From: Seison nebaliae
Lineage: Eukaryota
Direction: 5' to 3'
DNA: 38,176 nt
Assembly: GCA_023231475.1 (NCBI GenBank)
Contig: JALJEE010000863.1
Coordinates: 1 to 38,176, forward strand
Shown here: piece by piece, positions 36,937 through 38,176 of the stretch
How positions within the stretch are numbered: the first letter of the stretch is position 1
Layout of the letters: the number at the start of each line of letters is the position of its first letter
Program-made: the position numbers and the translations under genes
The notes under the pieces: generated by a model
Told to the model about the DNA's origin: nothing
The model's input: only the letters and a program-made list of their open reading frames with translations
Databases searched by the model: none

Positions 36937-38176
36937 GTGTCCTATTTTCCGTCTTGCTCTTTGACGTTAGTCTATTCTCATTTCTTCAACTTCCAATGCT
37001 CTTTTTCTTCCCCCACCCAAGTCGTGTGAGTGATTGGGGAGGAAAAGAGGAATAATATTCAGTTTCCATTTCTTGTCCAAGAATTGTAGGAATCTGTCGA
37101 TTTCTCTATTTTCGAGAAAATGCTTATATGTTTTATTAATGAATTGGAATATTCGAAAAATTTTCATTTCATATTTCAGTATATGAGAAACTCAGTTTCA
37201 AGGATGAATCGGATTCATTCGGTTCGCGAGTTGTACCTCCCTACAATTAGATATCATTCACTGCAAGAGAACGATACACGTATACATGGAATAAATAGAG
37301 TGCATGAAATATGTATATGTGCAATTACTTTCGATTTTAATGGAATTCCGATGTCTTTTACATTTTATCTGCTAACACATGTTAGAATCAGAGGAGAAAA
37401 GAAAAACAAATAAATTCCCTATATATTCTTCTTATTATCGACATATTGGATGAACTATCTACGTACCATTACATCATTATATAATTCCATGAAAGAATCA
37501 TTATTATTCCCCTTTAATAACGACAATTGTGAGTGGAAGGAGAATTTGAAGATGATAATAATGAAGTAGAATGTGCAATGTCCAACATTTCTCGTAGATG
37601 GGAACGAATTGGGATTCTTAATTCCTACCAACACAAACAGATATTGAGGAGAATAACCCAAAATTAGAGCGAGTGTTAATGAAGGATGATTTGGGAATAA
37701 TTTATGAAAATTATTATTTTTATATCCTCTTTTTCTCAATCCCACACTACTACCCATCGAATAGAGATGAACGTAATGTCCTCCCCAATTTCCACCATAT
37801 CAAATCGCCATATCTCATCGAATGCATTCCCGCTCCTAACAAACTAATCTTCCAATTCATTATATTAAATGGATAATTTCAATTGTTATTTGAGTCACTG
37901 TGAGAAAAACGACCTCCCGATTAGTTGGTCGATAGATTTGTAATTTTTAATTTGTTCGTTTCATGAAATTAAAAGACCATCGTTTAATGAACAATCAGAT
38001 GACGTTGAATATGAAAGAGTCAGCAATAGACAAATGACAGCGAAAAGAAGAAGAAAAAACTTTCCACATAATGGAATTTGATAGAATTAACGAACGACAT
38101 GGATGAGATAGCGGAGGAGGATGCACTTCCATTCCTATTGTTTTTCCTCATCTCCTCGACAATCCTAACATCAATG

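Overview
AT-rich, gene-dense nuclear DNA from an animal with a compact genome (Msx homeobox gene, spliceosomal introns mostly 41-62 nt, no obvious CpG depletion). The exact taxon cannot be determined from this window. Hand-assembled genes, left to right: a hypothetical protein, ELP3, a divergent MSP/VAP-like protein, ENKD1, RPS28 (missing from the ORF track, with a box C/D snoRNA in intron 2), spermine synthase, a divergent Aurora kinase, a stomatin, a CUB+LDLa protein, Msx, a cryptic USP-fold peptidase, a LicD-family transferase, a basic 10-aa-repeat protein, proteasome alpha-7, a CD225/dispanin protein and one or two unknown genes. The strongest system-level signal is the 5' splice site. Of 31 hand-inferred introns, 28 start GTT, none starts GTAAG, and only 2 have G at exon position -1. 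The longer introns mostly use GT(T/C)AGT. This suggests rewired donor recognition. All gene models are manual and have no transcript support.
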